A stretch of DNA of 49,520 nucleotides from the NCBI GenBank assembly GCA_964457995.1, contig CAYWHL010000002.1, positions 1-49,520 on the forward strand, written 5' to 3'. The notes under the pieces are model-generated. The model ran no database searches and was not told the origin of the DNA. It saw nothing but the letters and a program-made list of their open reading frames with translations. Position 1 is the first letter of the stretch. Each line of letters starts with the position of its first letter. The stretch is from an uncultured Methanoregula sp. GTDB lineage: Archaea > Halobacteriota > Methanomicrobia > Methanomicrobiales > Methanospirillaceae. Below, in pieces: positions 35,751 to 45,097 of the stretch. The position numbers and the translations under genes were made by a program.

Positions 35751-35989
35751 TTCGGTTCCTGTGGAGAATATGCCCAATAATCGCTTTGTTTGCCAAAATA
35801 CGGTAGATTTATACCCTCCCTATTGGCTTGTAAGGCCCCTTAAATCGAGCTGAATTTTGCCTTCTATTTTGGGTCATAAAATCCTAGAAATGCCGCCAGA
35901 ACACGAATATGGATGTCATTTTTTCCGGAGAAGGTGGTAAAAAAGCAGGGAATACCTGGTAATCGAGGAAATCAGATGGCTGAATGTAT

Positions 35990-36412
35990 TTATTCTTCAA
36001 CCTGGATCGACATAAGCTTAACCGATTCTACCCCTTTCTGCGACATGAGCCGTTCGGCAAATGTTTTAATTACGTCCCCATCCCCATGTACCAGGATCAC
36101 TTCAAGGCAGCGGTTATGGGTCACATGGGAGTGCAGCGATGCCTTGACGATGCTATGAAATTCATGCTGGATATCGGTGAGGGTGACCAGCAGTCCCCGC
36201 TGGTCATGATCATATACTATGGAAATAACTCCTTCACGCTCGCCCTTGACATCTGACATCCACTTGTAATATGTGATGCAGGTACGGATTGCATCACGAA
36301 TGCCTTCAGAGCGGGAAGAGTACCCACGTTGGTTGATGATTTCATCGAACTTGTCCAACAGGTTACTGGGAAGGGAGATTCCGATACGGGAAAGATCATT
36401 TTCCATTGTCAT
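35990..36412 (-). CDS. nikR: Nickel-responsive transcriptional regulator NikR
   Basis: LSRIGISLPSNLLDKFDEII..RGYSSRSEGIRDAIR RHH domain; YDHD, QHEF, HSHVTHNRCLEV Ni-binding motif. Confidence 0.96.
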   Translation of the reverse strand: MTMENDLSRIGISLPSNLLDKFDEIINQRGYSSRSEGIRDAIRTCITYYKWMSDVKGEREGVISIVYDHDQRGLLVTLTDIQHEFHSIVKASLHSHVTHNRCLEVILVHGDGDVIKTFAERLMSQKGVESVKLMSIQVEE

Positions 36413-36438
36413 ATATGAACGGTAATTATTGTATGACC

Positions 36439-36756
36439 TTATTTTTTCCAACGGTCCTGGTACCAGCTGTCAATCTGCCGGAATGTTCCGGTCTCCTGTG
36501 CTATCCTGACTGCCAGCAGGTGCCAGCAGGTCCTGCCCCGGTACATAAAATCGCCGCAGGTACAGAAATCTTCGTCAACCACGTATTCAGCAGTCCTGCC
36601 TTCGACGACAAAAAAATCAAGATATTTTTTTATCTTGCCCGAATCAAGTGCCGATAAGGCTTTTTTCCCCCGTGTTCCAAGAGTATCTTCGATCTCGAGA
36701 CGAAGAGAGGCATCAAGAACCTTTTTTTGGGCCAGACGCTGCCAGAGATCGCTCAT
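36439..36756 (-). CDS. Small SWIM zinc-finger protein
   Basis: FCTCGDFMYRGRTCWHLLAV (CxC-x9-CxH). Confidence 0.85.
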   Translation of the reverse strand: MSDLWQRLAQKKVLDASLRLEIEDTLGTRGKKALSALDSGKIKKYLDFFVVEGRTAEYVVDEDFCTCGDFMYRGRTCWHLLAVRIAQETGTFRQIDSWYQDRWKK

Positions 36757-37466
36757 GGGATAGTCTGCAGGAGAGGTGGATCTTCAATATACTGCCAGCC
36801 TTTACGGGTAGCAAGGCGCTGCATTGCCGGTGCTTCGAGCGCGTAATGGGTCGCTTCAATGCAGGGTAAGGGGGCTGTGCGTGCAACCGAATGCTTCATC
36901 TCGGCTGAAAGAAAGGCATCGGCTCCCTGCGCTTTAGCCTCCTCAAGAAGCGCCGGATCAAAACCACTACCAGCTACAAGTGCAAGGCGGTTGATTTTTT
37001 TTAAGTCTCCCCAGATCCGGATGTTCCCCCCAAGACGCCGCGAGATTTGATCTGCAGACAGTGTGCATGTACCAATACAACCCAGCGTCAAAGGTGTAAT
37101 ATCTTTCATTAAAAGAAGTTCTGCAAGTGCATCATTGACCCCTTCACCAGCCCGATCGTAGTTTGTGTGCATGACATAGAGGTTCATGTCAGCAGAAAGC
37201 AGGGCGCGCATCAGTCTGGCAGTCCTCCCGGTCAAGGTGGTCACCGGCGTCCACAATGGAGTGTGATGGACAACCAGCATGTCAGCCGATGCAAAAACCG
37301 CCTCTTTTACTACGTAAGGTGTCGCATCCAGGGCGCAGCAAATACAGGAAACCGTTGTTTTGCCCTCGACCACGAGCCCGATCTTTCCTGAATCAAAATC
37401 TTCCGCAAGATCAGGAGGAGCAAGATGCTCCATCTCATCAATAAAGGCACGCACATGCATACACAA
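36753..37466 (-). CDS. Nif3-like dinuclear metal center protein
   Basis: APPDLAEDFD..IGL, DMLVVHH, MHTNYD, GVNDALA, SAEMKH, ATHYALE. Confidence 0.9.
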   Translation of the reverse strand: MCMHVRAFIDEMEHLAPPDLAEDFDSGKIGLVVEGKTTVSCICCALDATPYVVKEAVFASADMLVVHHTPLWTPVTTLTGRTARLMRALLSADMNLYVMHTNYDRAGEGVNDALAELLLMKDITPLTLGCIGTCTLSADQISRRLGGNIRIWGDLKKINRLALVAGSGFDPALLEEAKAQGADAFLSAEMKHSVARTAPLPCIEATHYALEAPAMQRLATRKGWQYIEDPPLLQTIP

Positions 37467-37551
37467 GTATCGTTAGTACGGTTTAAAATATCATATATTA
37501 CCTATAGTAATAACAATTAATTTAAATATTCATAAAAGCATATTTCTGCGC

Positions 37552-39060
37552 ATGCACAAGTCCATCGATCAGATCAACGAGCGAATCAGGGACGGCACTG
37601 CACGAGTTGTGACTGCCGAGGAAATGCCCGCAATCGTTGCCGAACTGGGTGAGGAGGGAGCGCTTAGAGAAGTTGACGTGGTTACCACCGGGACATTCGG
37701 GGCCATGTGCTCGTCAGGGGCGTTCCTCAATTTCGGACATGCCGAACCTCCTATCCGTATGGAACGGATCTGGTTGAATAACGTCGAAGCTTATGGTGGA
37801 CTTGCGGCAGTTGATACCTACATCGGTGCGACACAACAGTCTGATACTCTGGAAGAGAGATATGGCGGAGCTCATGTGATCGAGGACCTGGTTGCGGGAA
37901 AATCCGTCGAACTTCGTGCAAGTTCCCGGGGAACTGACTGCTACCCGCGCCGGACGATAAATACAGATCTTCTTTTGGAAAATTTCAATCAGGCTATCAT
38001 GTGCAATCCGCGCAATGCGTATCAGCGATATAATGCCGCAACCAATTCGACGGATCGCATCCTGCATACCTATATGGGAGTGCTGCTGCCTAATTGCGGC
38101 AACGTGTCTTTTTCCGGTGCCGGTACGTTAAACCCGCTCTCCAATGATCCAAAACTCCGCTTGATTGGGAGTGGCATTCCCATCTTTTTATGCGGGGCAC
38201 AGGGCATGGTTATCGGGGAAGGAACCCAGCATTCACCTGCCGGAGGATACGGTACCCTGATGGTGACCGGGAATTTAAAAGAGATGTCCCAGGACTATCT
38301 TCGTGCGGCGACCATGAGCGGTTATGGTGTCACACTGTATGTTGGACTTGGCATTCCGCTGCCGGTACTGGATCTTGATGTAGTGAGAGCAACCGCGGTT
38401 CGTGATGAGGACATTACTGTTGATATCATGGATTATAGCGTGCCGAGCCGGGACCGTCCCGCACTCCGGAAAGTGACCTATGCGGAGTTGCGGAGTGGTG
38501 TTGTCGATTTGAATGGTGAAGAAGTCCGCAGCTCATCGCTTTCCAGCTTCCGGAAGGCACGGCAGGTGGCCGGGGAGCTGAAACACTGGATAGAACGTGG
38601 CAGCATGCAGCTCGCGCTCCCCACCCGTCCAATCGATGCGAAAAAATCCGCAAAACCGATGCACCAGAGCCAGAAAGGCCCGCGTGTACTGGACATCATG
38701 GACAGGCAGGTTGTCAGTATCGGTGAAAATGAAGAGATAAAAACGGCGGCAAAGAAACTCTTGAAAGGCGAGACTAATCATCTGCCGGTTATCAACGGCG
38801 ATAATGTACTTGTTGGTATTGTGACAACATTTGACGTATCAAAGGCAGTGGTAAATCCGGGCAAGGCACACCTCGTGAAAGATATCATGAAAACAAAAGT
38901 AATCACGACCACGGCAAATGAAGCGGTGGATATTGCTGTGCAGAAACTCGAGCAGCATAACATCAGTGCACTGCCGGTGGTGGATAGCGGGCATCATGTT
39001 ATCGCCATACTTACGGCAATGGATCTCGGCAAGCTCTTCGGGAGGAGGTGGCTGAAATGA
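37552..39060 (+). CDS. L-aspartate-semialdehyde sulfurtransferase (DUF39 + CBS; MA1821/MJ0100-type homocysteine biosynthesis)
   Basis: VDVVTTGTFGAMCSSGA, YGGLAAVDTYIGAT, YGGAHVIEDL, NPRNAYQRY; C-terminal CBS pair. Confidence 0.9.
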   Translation: MHKSIDQINERIRDGTARVVTAEEMPAIVAELGEEGALREVDVVTTGTFGAMCSSGAFLNFGHAEPPIRMERIWLNNVEAYGGLAAVDTYIGATQQSDTLEERYGGAHVIEDLVAGKSVELRASSRGTDCYPRRTINTDLLLENFNQAIMCNPRNAYQRYNAATNSTDRILHTYMGVLLPNCGNVSFSGAGTLNPLSNDPKLRLIGSGIPIFLCGAQGMVIGEGTQHSPAGGYGTLMVTGNLKEMSQDYLRAATMSGYGVTLYVGLGIPLPVLDLDVVRATAVRDEDITVDIMDYSVPSRDRPALRKVTYAELRSGVVDLNGEEVRSSSLSSFRKARQVAGELKHWIERGSMQLALPTRPIDAKKSAKPMHQSQKGPRVLDIMDRQVVSIGENEEIKTAAKKLLKGETNHLPVINGDNVLVGIVTTFDVSKAVVNPGKAHLVKDIMKTKVITTTANEAVDIAVQKLEQHNISALPVVDSGHHVIAILTAMDLGKLFGRRWLK

Positions 39061-39443
39061 AACTACTGGTTACCTTCTCGCGTAAGAAAGGGAGAAAACC
39101 CATTATTGCACAGGTCGTGCGTGATACCGGTGTCCTGATCAATGTTGAGCGTGCAGTTATAGATTCTTCTGAGGGTGAAGCGCTGATTGATGTACCGGAT
39201 GACCAGTGCCGCCTTGTCAGTGATTCGATGATCAGCCTTGGTGCAAACGTTCGGATACTTGAACATGGTATAAGTGTAAACGAGAGTGAATGCGTGGATT
39301 GCGGTGCCTGCATCAGTATCTGCCCCCGTGAAGTCTTCTCGCTGGATCCTGAATGGAAACTGCAACTGGCTGAAGAAAAATGTGTACTCTGCGGTAAATG
39401 TATTGATGCATGCCCGCACCAGGCACTTACGCTTCCCCTATGA
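39057..39443 (+). CDS. NIL domain + 2[4Fe-4S] ferredoxin (MA1822-type partner)
   Basis: N-terminal NIL (INVERA), CVDCGACISICP and CVLCGKCIDACP; ATGA overlap with the upstream gene. Confidence 0.9.
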   Translation: MKLLVTFSRKKGRKPIIAQVVRDTGVLINVERAVIDSSEGEALIDVPDDQCRLVSDSMISLGANVRILEHGISVNESECVDCGACISICPREVFSLDPEWKLQLAEEKCVLCGKCIDACPHQALTLPL

Positions 39444-40150
39444 TTCGTGAAACCTTCCGGTTCCGCGAGACCTTCGCGACGATCCTTGCTGATATGCCGG
39501 AGCATATCAGCGCTGCAAAGTCCGGCATGATCGGGGCAAGGCAGGAACTGGAGGCATATATCGCCCGGGATCCCTTTTTTCCGGCTACGTTTGATCCTTA
39601 CCTGCCGGATTCAGATGAAGTGATTATCTGCAGGATGGCCAATGCAACACGAAAGGCCGGTGTCGGCCCGATGGCTGCAGTTGCAGGTGCAATCGCATGG
39701 GCAGGGGTCGAGGCAATGGCAGATGCCGGCGCTGAATTCGGGGTGATTGATAATGGTGGTGATATTGCCCTCATCAGTGACCGCCCACTTCGGGTCGGAG
39801 TCCATGCCGGTGAAGCGTTACTTTCCAACCGTATCGCGTTTATCATCCCGCCCCGGGAAAAAATACTGGGCGTCTGTACCTCGTCTGCAACAGTAGGACC
39901 TTCCATCTCTTTTGGAATGGCCGATGCTGTTACAGTATTCTCATCTGATGTTGCACTTGCTGATGCGTGGGCCACTTCAGTCTGTAACCAGATCCGCCCG
40001 GACGACCAGACCGTTCTTGACCAGTTAAACAGGGATGAAGTCTGTGGAGTGTTTGCCATTATCGGCGATACTCTTGTGAAATGGGGCAGCCTTCCCCCCC
40101 TGGTGCCTGCAGTGGTCGATGAGCAGCTTATCAGCGCGGGAGACCGGTAA
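39440..40150 (+). CDS. UPF0280 / ApbE-like protein (MA1715-type sulfur assimilation)
   Basis: GVGPMAAVAGAIA, IDNGGDIAL, GVCTSSATVGPSISFGMADAVTV, LADAWATSVCN; start MIRETF at 39440. Confidence 0.9.
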   Translation: MIRETFRFRETFATILADMPEHISAAKSGMIGARQELEAYIARDPFFPATFDPYLPDSDEVIICRMANATRKAGVGPMAAVAGAIAWAGVEAMADAGAEFGVIDNGGDIALISDRPLRVGVHAGEALLSNRIAFIIPPREKILGVCTSSATVGPSISFGMADAVTVFSSDVALADAWATSVCNQIRPDDQTVLDQLNRDEVCGVFAIIGDTLVKWGSLPPLVPAVVDEQLISAGDR

Positions 40151-40430
40151 AATAGTCCGGTTCTTCCGGGAATTACACTATCCGTCCTTGTTCTTTGTGG
40201 ATCGGGCGCTCGAAGGAAAATTGAGTTACCACGGGAAATGAAAAAATGCTGTTTTAATCCTTATTCTCGTGGATGTTTCGCTCGAAGCGTGCTATACGCC
40301 GCGTTACCTGTTCGGGTACTGCTGTTTCTCTCCTTGTTCTCGTCGATATTGTATTCGAAGAAATGATTGTTTTAAGGAATTAGGGAATTATTGCAAATAA
40401 GTAAATATTTACAGCACTTAAAGGATATCT

Positions 40431-40625
40431 ATGTCTGTTCAGGAATGCTCAACAAAGAGAATCCCGGTTCGTCCCAGCACGTGGGAGGAACTTTACGAAC
40501 TCCGTAAGCCCGGCCAGACCTTTGATCAGGTCCTCTCAGATATGGTCGCCAGGGAGAAGCGTCGCCGGTTATTTGAGGATGCTGATCGTAAAATGCGGGA
40601 TGGCCACTTTGTGGAGCTTGAATAG
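40431..40625 (+). CDS. Putative antitoxin (RHH-like N-terminus)
   Basis: 64 aa, KRIPVRPSTWEELYELRKPGQTFDQVL; stop overlaps the start of a RelE-like gene. Confidence 0.7.
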   Translation: MSVQECSTKRIPVRPSTWEELYELRKPGQTFDQVLSDMVAREKRRRLFEDADRKMRDGHFVELE

Positions 40626-40909
40626 TGATATTCATTATCAAAATTGAGGATGAACCCCTGGCATTTCTTGAGAGCCTTCCCACGAAAACTCAGCACATCG
40701 TAAGGACCAAACTTTCTCTCCTTAAAACGGATCCCTATCCCGGGAAAGGTGGCGATAAAGAAAAGTTCACCTGTCGGGGCAAAAAACCCATTTATCGTTT
40801 ACATATCAGCTACAGTTACACCGCACTGTATCGTATTGAAAATGATATCGTTTTCATTTTTTATCTCGATACCATCGAGCGTGCTCATAAAAAGTATGGT
40901 CGGTTATAA
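40625..40909 (+). CDS. RelE/ParE-family toxin
   Basis: 94 aa, basic; AFLESLP...LKTDPYP...YRLHISYSYTALYRIE..V.I..L...ERAHKKY. Confidence 0.8.
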   Translation: MIFIIKIEDEPLAFLESLPTKTQHIVRTKLSLLKTDPYPGKGGDKEKFTCRGKKPIYRLHISYSYTALYRIENDIVFIFYLDTIERAHKKYGRL

Positions 40910-41088
40910 TTCAAAATATTTCAATCCTGTTTTTCTTCGATGGTGCGGTCGAAGGGATTTACCCTGATTTCTTTCCGGTAACTGAGTCGTTTTCAATCCT
41001 TGTTCTTTGGCATAAATTGATTAAAACAAAGGCAAATAGTCCGCTGAAAGCGCATAGTCCGTAGTTCAATTCACACGCCCGTGGGGGT

Positions 41089-41178
41089 GTGCCCTCGCAG
41101 GATTCAGTCCTTGGCATTGGCACCTCATCGGCAACGGTCGGGCCTTCCATTTCCTTTGGCATGGCCAATGCGCTCACG
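41089..41178 (+). pseudogene. Internal fragment of a second, diverged UPF0280 allele
   Basis: Translates VPSQDSVLGIGTSSATVGPSISFGMANALT versus IPPREKILGVCTSSATVGPSISFGMADAVT at 39845-39934. Confidence 0.85.
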
Positions 41179-43153
41179 ACTTCAGGATTTTCTTTCCCTC
41201 CATGACATCAAGCATTCCAATGAACTTCTTTTTCCGGGCATGCTCGTCCCGTATCCCGGCAAGATACGCCACCCACTCCTTGTTTCTGCCCTGCTTCTCC
41301 ATCAGGGCACGGATCTTTTTCAGGTACCCGATAGCATTGTCGTAACATTTCGACTGAGCGGTCATTACCTGTTGATCCACACATCCCATCCAGAACTGAA
41401 GCGCACGTTCCGGGAACCGGTCTGCGGTTGCATCCCAGAGCTTGTCTTCCGGATAGAAATACCACCCGGGTCCCGTCCGCTCCTTCCGGAGCCGATCGAA
41501 CCACATGACGGCTTCCTCCGGCTGCCGGTTCGCAACCGCCTGGTCGATCAGGATATTAAAAAAAGGCGTCTTCTGTGTTTTCCATGAACCCTGATCAACT
41601 AAGCCGGATACGGGAAGGGCACCGAAGATGAGCGGAGCTCCGGCCATCCCGTCCCGTTTAACGGCGGGAACACATCCGGACGTGAGGTACTGCATGACCG
41701 GATCCTTCACCGTATCCCACACGCCAGCTTTCTCTGCCGCCGAATTCAACCGGCAGAAAGAACGATAGGACGGATCGCACAGGAACTCCTCGGCCTGTAA
41801 ACCCGCAACATGAAGCAGGGCGCCCTCCTTCTTCCAGATCTCCCTCTGGATGGTCTGGAGCTCATGTGCGATCCCTGGCAGGGTTTTTCTGGTAGAATCG
41901 ATGCCCTGTCTGATCCATCTTACCGCCTCATCCCTGTGCCCGGTTCGGATAAGGCGGCGGACCAGCCGTGCGTAATTATCAGTCAGGTCAACTTCCGCAA
42001 TGCAGAGGTCGGTCGCCTCCCGGTCCCGGCCCGCATAATCCAGTGCGGTCACGATCCAGCCGACCAGGCGATCGCGGTGATATTTTGATGAGAACGCTTC
42101 CTTTTCCGGCTTGACACTGTGCTCTCCAAGCTCGCGGAGTAACCGGTCTGCAACAAGCCCCCATTCGCTGGCCGGATAGTTCTCCTCCCAGAACTTTTCT
42201 GCACCCCCACATAGGTCGTACTCGTCATCCAGTTCTGCATGGATTACAGAGAGCATCCGTTCGTGGGCAGGGCGGGATGAGCGAAGGAGCGCAAGGAACA
42301 CGAGATCCATGCATGAGGCGATCTCCCCGGCAGTCTCACCTTCATCATCCTCGCTCTGCTCGATTTGGGCTGTGCCATTCGTCAGCAGGATACTCCCGGC
42401 CTCGACAACCGCATCGGGATGCCCCATCTCCAGCAGGATTTCCATCCGTTTCCGTACCGGGGTATAATCCGGAATCCGCGATTCACCTGTCCAGGAGTTG
42501 CTCCACGCTTCTTCGCACGAGATACTGTCGATATCGGAGAGCAGGGCCTCAAGAACTGGCCCGGCATCAGACGCAGCAACGGATTTCCGGTCAGACACAT
42601 CCTGCCGAACCTGCGGGTATTCGGACATGAGATCCTCAAGAAGGCCGATCAGATCTTCTTTGGTCAGTTCCGAAAGGTAATGATGGAGAGAGAGATGACC
42701 TTTTTTTGGTTTCGCCGTTTTTTTCTTTACGATGGACCCGGTAATCCGCGGGTGATCAGGACCGGTACCGGATTGCGATGATCCAGGAATACCCTCTGCA
42801 CCATCATCAAGAAGCAGTCGACGGGAATCATCGGCCGGCAGGTTCCGGATCGGCCGGTTATCCTTGTGAAGGGCAAGGTATTCGAGGATGACAGCAACCG
42901 CGTGTTTACAACCGGAGCCGACCGGGCAGGTGCAGACCGACCGGATGCCATTGTCGAAGTACACCGCAGTTGCATACCGTTCAGCCCCGTCAACCCAGGC
43001 AACGATAGCCTCATTCGGGCTGCGAACCAGCTCATGCACTCGTCCCTCACGCTGGTACTGTCTTCCCCGTGACAGAGTTTTTGTGCCGGCCCAGTCTTCA
43101 AGAGTTGTCCAGTCAAGGTCAAAGAACGGATCGCTCATTTCCTGTTCTGTCAT
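41174..43153 (-). CDS. Large SWIM zinc-finger protein with helical (TPR-like) C-terminus
   Basis: LSRGRQYQREGRV...AWVDGAERY...CTCPVGSGCKHAVAVIL; C-terminus YDNAIGYLKKIR...IRDEHARKKKFI; start MTEQEM at 43153. Confidence 0.85.
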   Translation of the reverse strand: MTEQEMSDPFFDLDWTTLEDWAGTKTLSRGRQYQREGRVHELVRSPNEAIVAWVDGAERYATAVYFDNGIRSVCTCPVGSGCKHAVAVILEYLALHKDNRPIRNLPADDSRRLLLDDGAEGIPGSSQSGTGPDHPRITGSIVKKKTAKPKKGHLSLHHYLSELTKEDLIGLLEDLMSEYPQVRQDVSDRKSVAASDAGPVLEALLSDIDSISCEEAWSNSWTGESRIPDYTPVRKRMEILLEMGHPDAVVEAGSILLTNGTAQIEQSEDDEGETAGEIASCMDLVFLALLRSSRPAHERMLSVIHAELDDEYDLCGGAEKFWEENYPASEWGLVADRLLRELGEHSVKPEKEAFSSKYHRDRLVGWIVTALDYAGRDREATDLCIAEVDLTDNYARLVRRLIRTGHRDEAVRWIRQGIDSTRKTLPGIAHELQTIQREIWKKEGALLHVAGLQAEEFLCDPSYRSFCRLNSAAEKAGVWDTVKDPVMQYLTSGCVPAVKRDGMAGAPLIFGALPVSGLVDQGSWKTQKTPFFNILIDQAVANRQPEEAVMWFDRLRKERTGPGWYFYPEDKLWDATADRFPERALQFWMGCVDQQVMTAQSKCYDNAIGYLKKIRALMEKQGRNKEWVAYLAGIRDEHARKKKFIGMLDVMEGKKILKS

Positions 43154-43653
43154 GATGTGATCTTCCGGTAAAAAACTCATTCCCTTGAATGATGAACACA
43201 TCGGATTGCATTTCCTACCCGGAATACGGCACATACCCAGGAGAGCCTTCCCCCAAAAAATCAGGATCCCAAAACGCTCCTTTTTTCATTTTCCATGCTC
43301 TAGCACGCATTCCAAATCGATCCTCCATCCAAAAGGGTCTATAAGCGCACTTTTCCAGCTTCAGATTATATGGATTTAAGGCAAACAGAGCGTAGTAGGG
43401 CCAGATCTAAAAATTTATAGCTCCATTTTTTCCGAATTCGGCACTTCTTATGATTTTCCGGAAATCTGCTGTTTTTTAAATTCGCTCATATTAGGCCCAA
43501 TTTGCAAAAATAACGGATAGTTGGGATATAGTGATCCTACCCCAAAGATACACTCTCCTGCGGATCACTAAAAGTCATTCTCCGTCTAAGAGTTTGGGGG
43601 ATCCCGGGAAGTACCAGATCCCCCACGAAACTCTGTATCAGGAAGGATACATG

Positions 43654-44046
43654 TCAGACTGATGCTGCTCCTTTTGCTGCGCCAGGTAAGGCTGGCGCAA
43701 GCTGCATGCCATCCCACCCCAGCTCGACGATCGATCCATCGCAGATCCGGAAGAACCGGAACACACCCTTTGGAGAACATATCCAGATCTCACGGGAAAT
43801 CGTAGGAACTGATACGATAATCCGGAGTGCAGCGATCTCCGGTGCGAACTGGCGTGCGAGCTCGTCGATAGTCCAACAGAGTCGGCGCACGCGCTTCACG
43901 CGGACAAATGCGACGCGATCCGGATTCATTATTGAAAAATCGCAGAGCGATCCGGGTTCATGCAGGAAATGCATGACGATCCCACGTTTCTCAGCGACAG
44001 GATTTGCATTCACCTGCGCTACGAGCGGTGGACGTCCGCGTGTCAT
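43654..44046 (-). CDS. Hypothetical protein, possible PD-(D/E)XK-like fold
   Basis: MTRGRPP..A..VAEKRG...CDFSI....VAFVRVKR; GGAG RBS upstream on the minus strand. Confidence 0.6.
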   Translation of the reverse strand: MTRGRPPLVAQVNANPVAEKRGIVMHFLHEPGSLCDFSIMNPDRVAFVRVKRVRRLCWTIDELARQFAPEIAALRIIVSVPTISREIWICSPKGVFRFFRICDGSIVELGWDGMQLAPALPGAAKGAASV

Positions 44047-44580
44047 GGTATTTCTCCGGAAATTCCCGGAACGAATCGTGCGCGCATGCGAACAATTCCT
44101 TGTTTGATCTTCTTTTGTGCGGTTCCCGGCAATCCTGCGACGGATCTGGTGCCCGGCATCCGGCTGGGAGATATGAGTCCGGATTCTACCGCCTTCGTAC
44201 TGGACTGTTTATTTTTTTCCAAGACCGTACTCCATTTCTGATTATGCGAACTACCGGTTTTTTGGGATTTTTCCGAGACTAACTTTTCCTAAATACCTGT
44301 GCGATGCAAATTTGTTTCCGGTCTTTTCTTCATGGCATGGGATTCCTGGCAATATACGCTTTACTTAACCAGAAAAAAGAAGAGCAAAAAACGATAAAAT
44401 TGCGGTCAGATTACAAAAAATCTGCTGAATTGAGCGAAGAATGAAAGTGCAAAAAAGGGACGTGCACAAAACACCACGGACCTGAAAAAATAGTCATATT
44501 TGCCGAACCAATAGCAGATGCGAAAACCAGTCATATTGATTGATCTGCATGACTGGCGAAGACCCTGAATAATTATTATG

Positions 44581-44991
44581 TCAATAGGGGGGATTTTCGA
44601 TGTATTTTAACCCTTCATTGTATGCCGTTTTCCCCTTAAAAGTAAAGATGCGTTCACCATCAGAAACGATGATTACAGGCTCGTGATTTTTTACCAGAAA
44701 GATCAGGTCCAGCAGTTCAATTTCGTCTATCTTCACCCCCATGAGGAGTGATGATGCAGGCTCCAGTTCAAGCCGTTCACAAACCAGTTCGTCAGGACAT
44801 GTTCGGAAATAATAATAGAATGCCTGATAAGCATTCAGCAGATCAGAGACCAGCAATTCATTGCGTGTAGCGGGATCCAGCTTCTCAATCATACGGGAAA
44901 GGCATTTAACATCATCTTCGCATTCTAAAAAGAGGCGATCGGCAAGGGCAGCCAGTATGTTAAAGGGAATTGAAGATCCGTCAGGATTCAT
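44581..44991 (-). CDS. Hypothetical protein (136 aa)
   Basis: Clean acidic ORF with archaeal protein-like composition; no motif recognised. Confidence 0.65.
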   Translation of the reverse strand: MNPDGSSIPFNILAALADRLFLECEDDVKCLSRMIEKLDPATRNELLVSDLLNAYQAFYYYFRTCPDELVCERLELEPASSLLMGVKIDEIELLDLIFLVKNHEPVIIVSDGERIFTFKGKTAYNEGLKYIENPPY

Positions 44992-45097
44992 TGGGAGTCA
45001 TTAGACACTAAAGACTTAAAAAAAATGGCAAAGAGTGCGGGTAATGTATAAGCAACAGGACAAAACCCTTATTCACCTCTATGAGGAATGAATAAAG

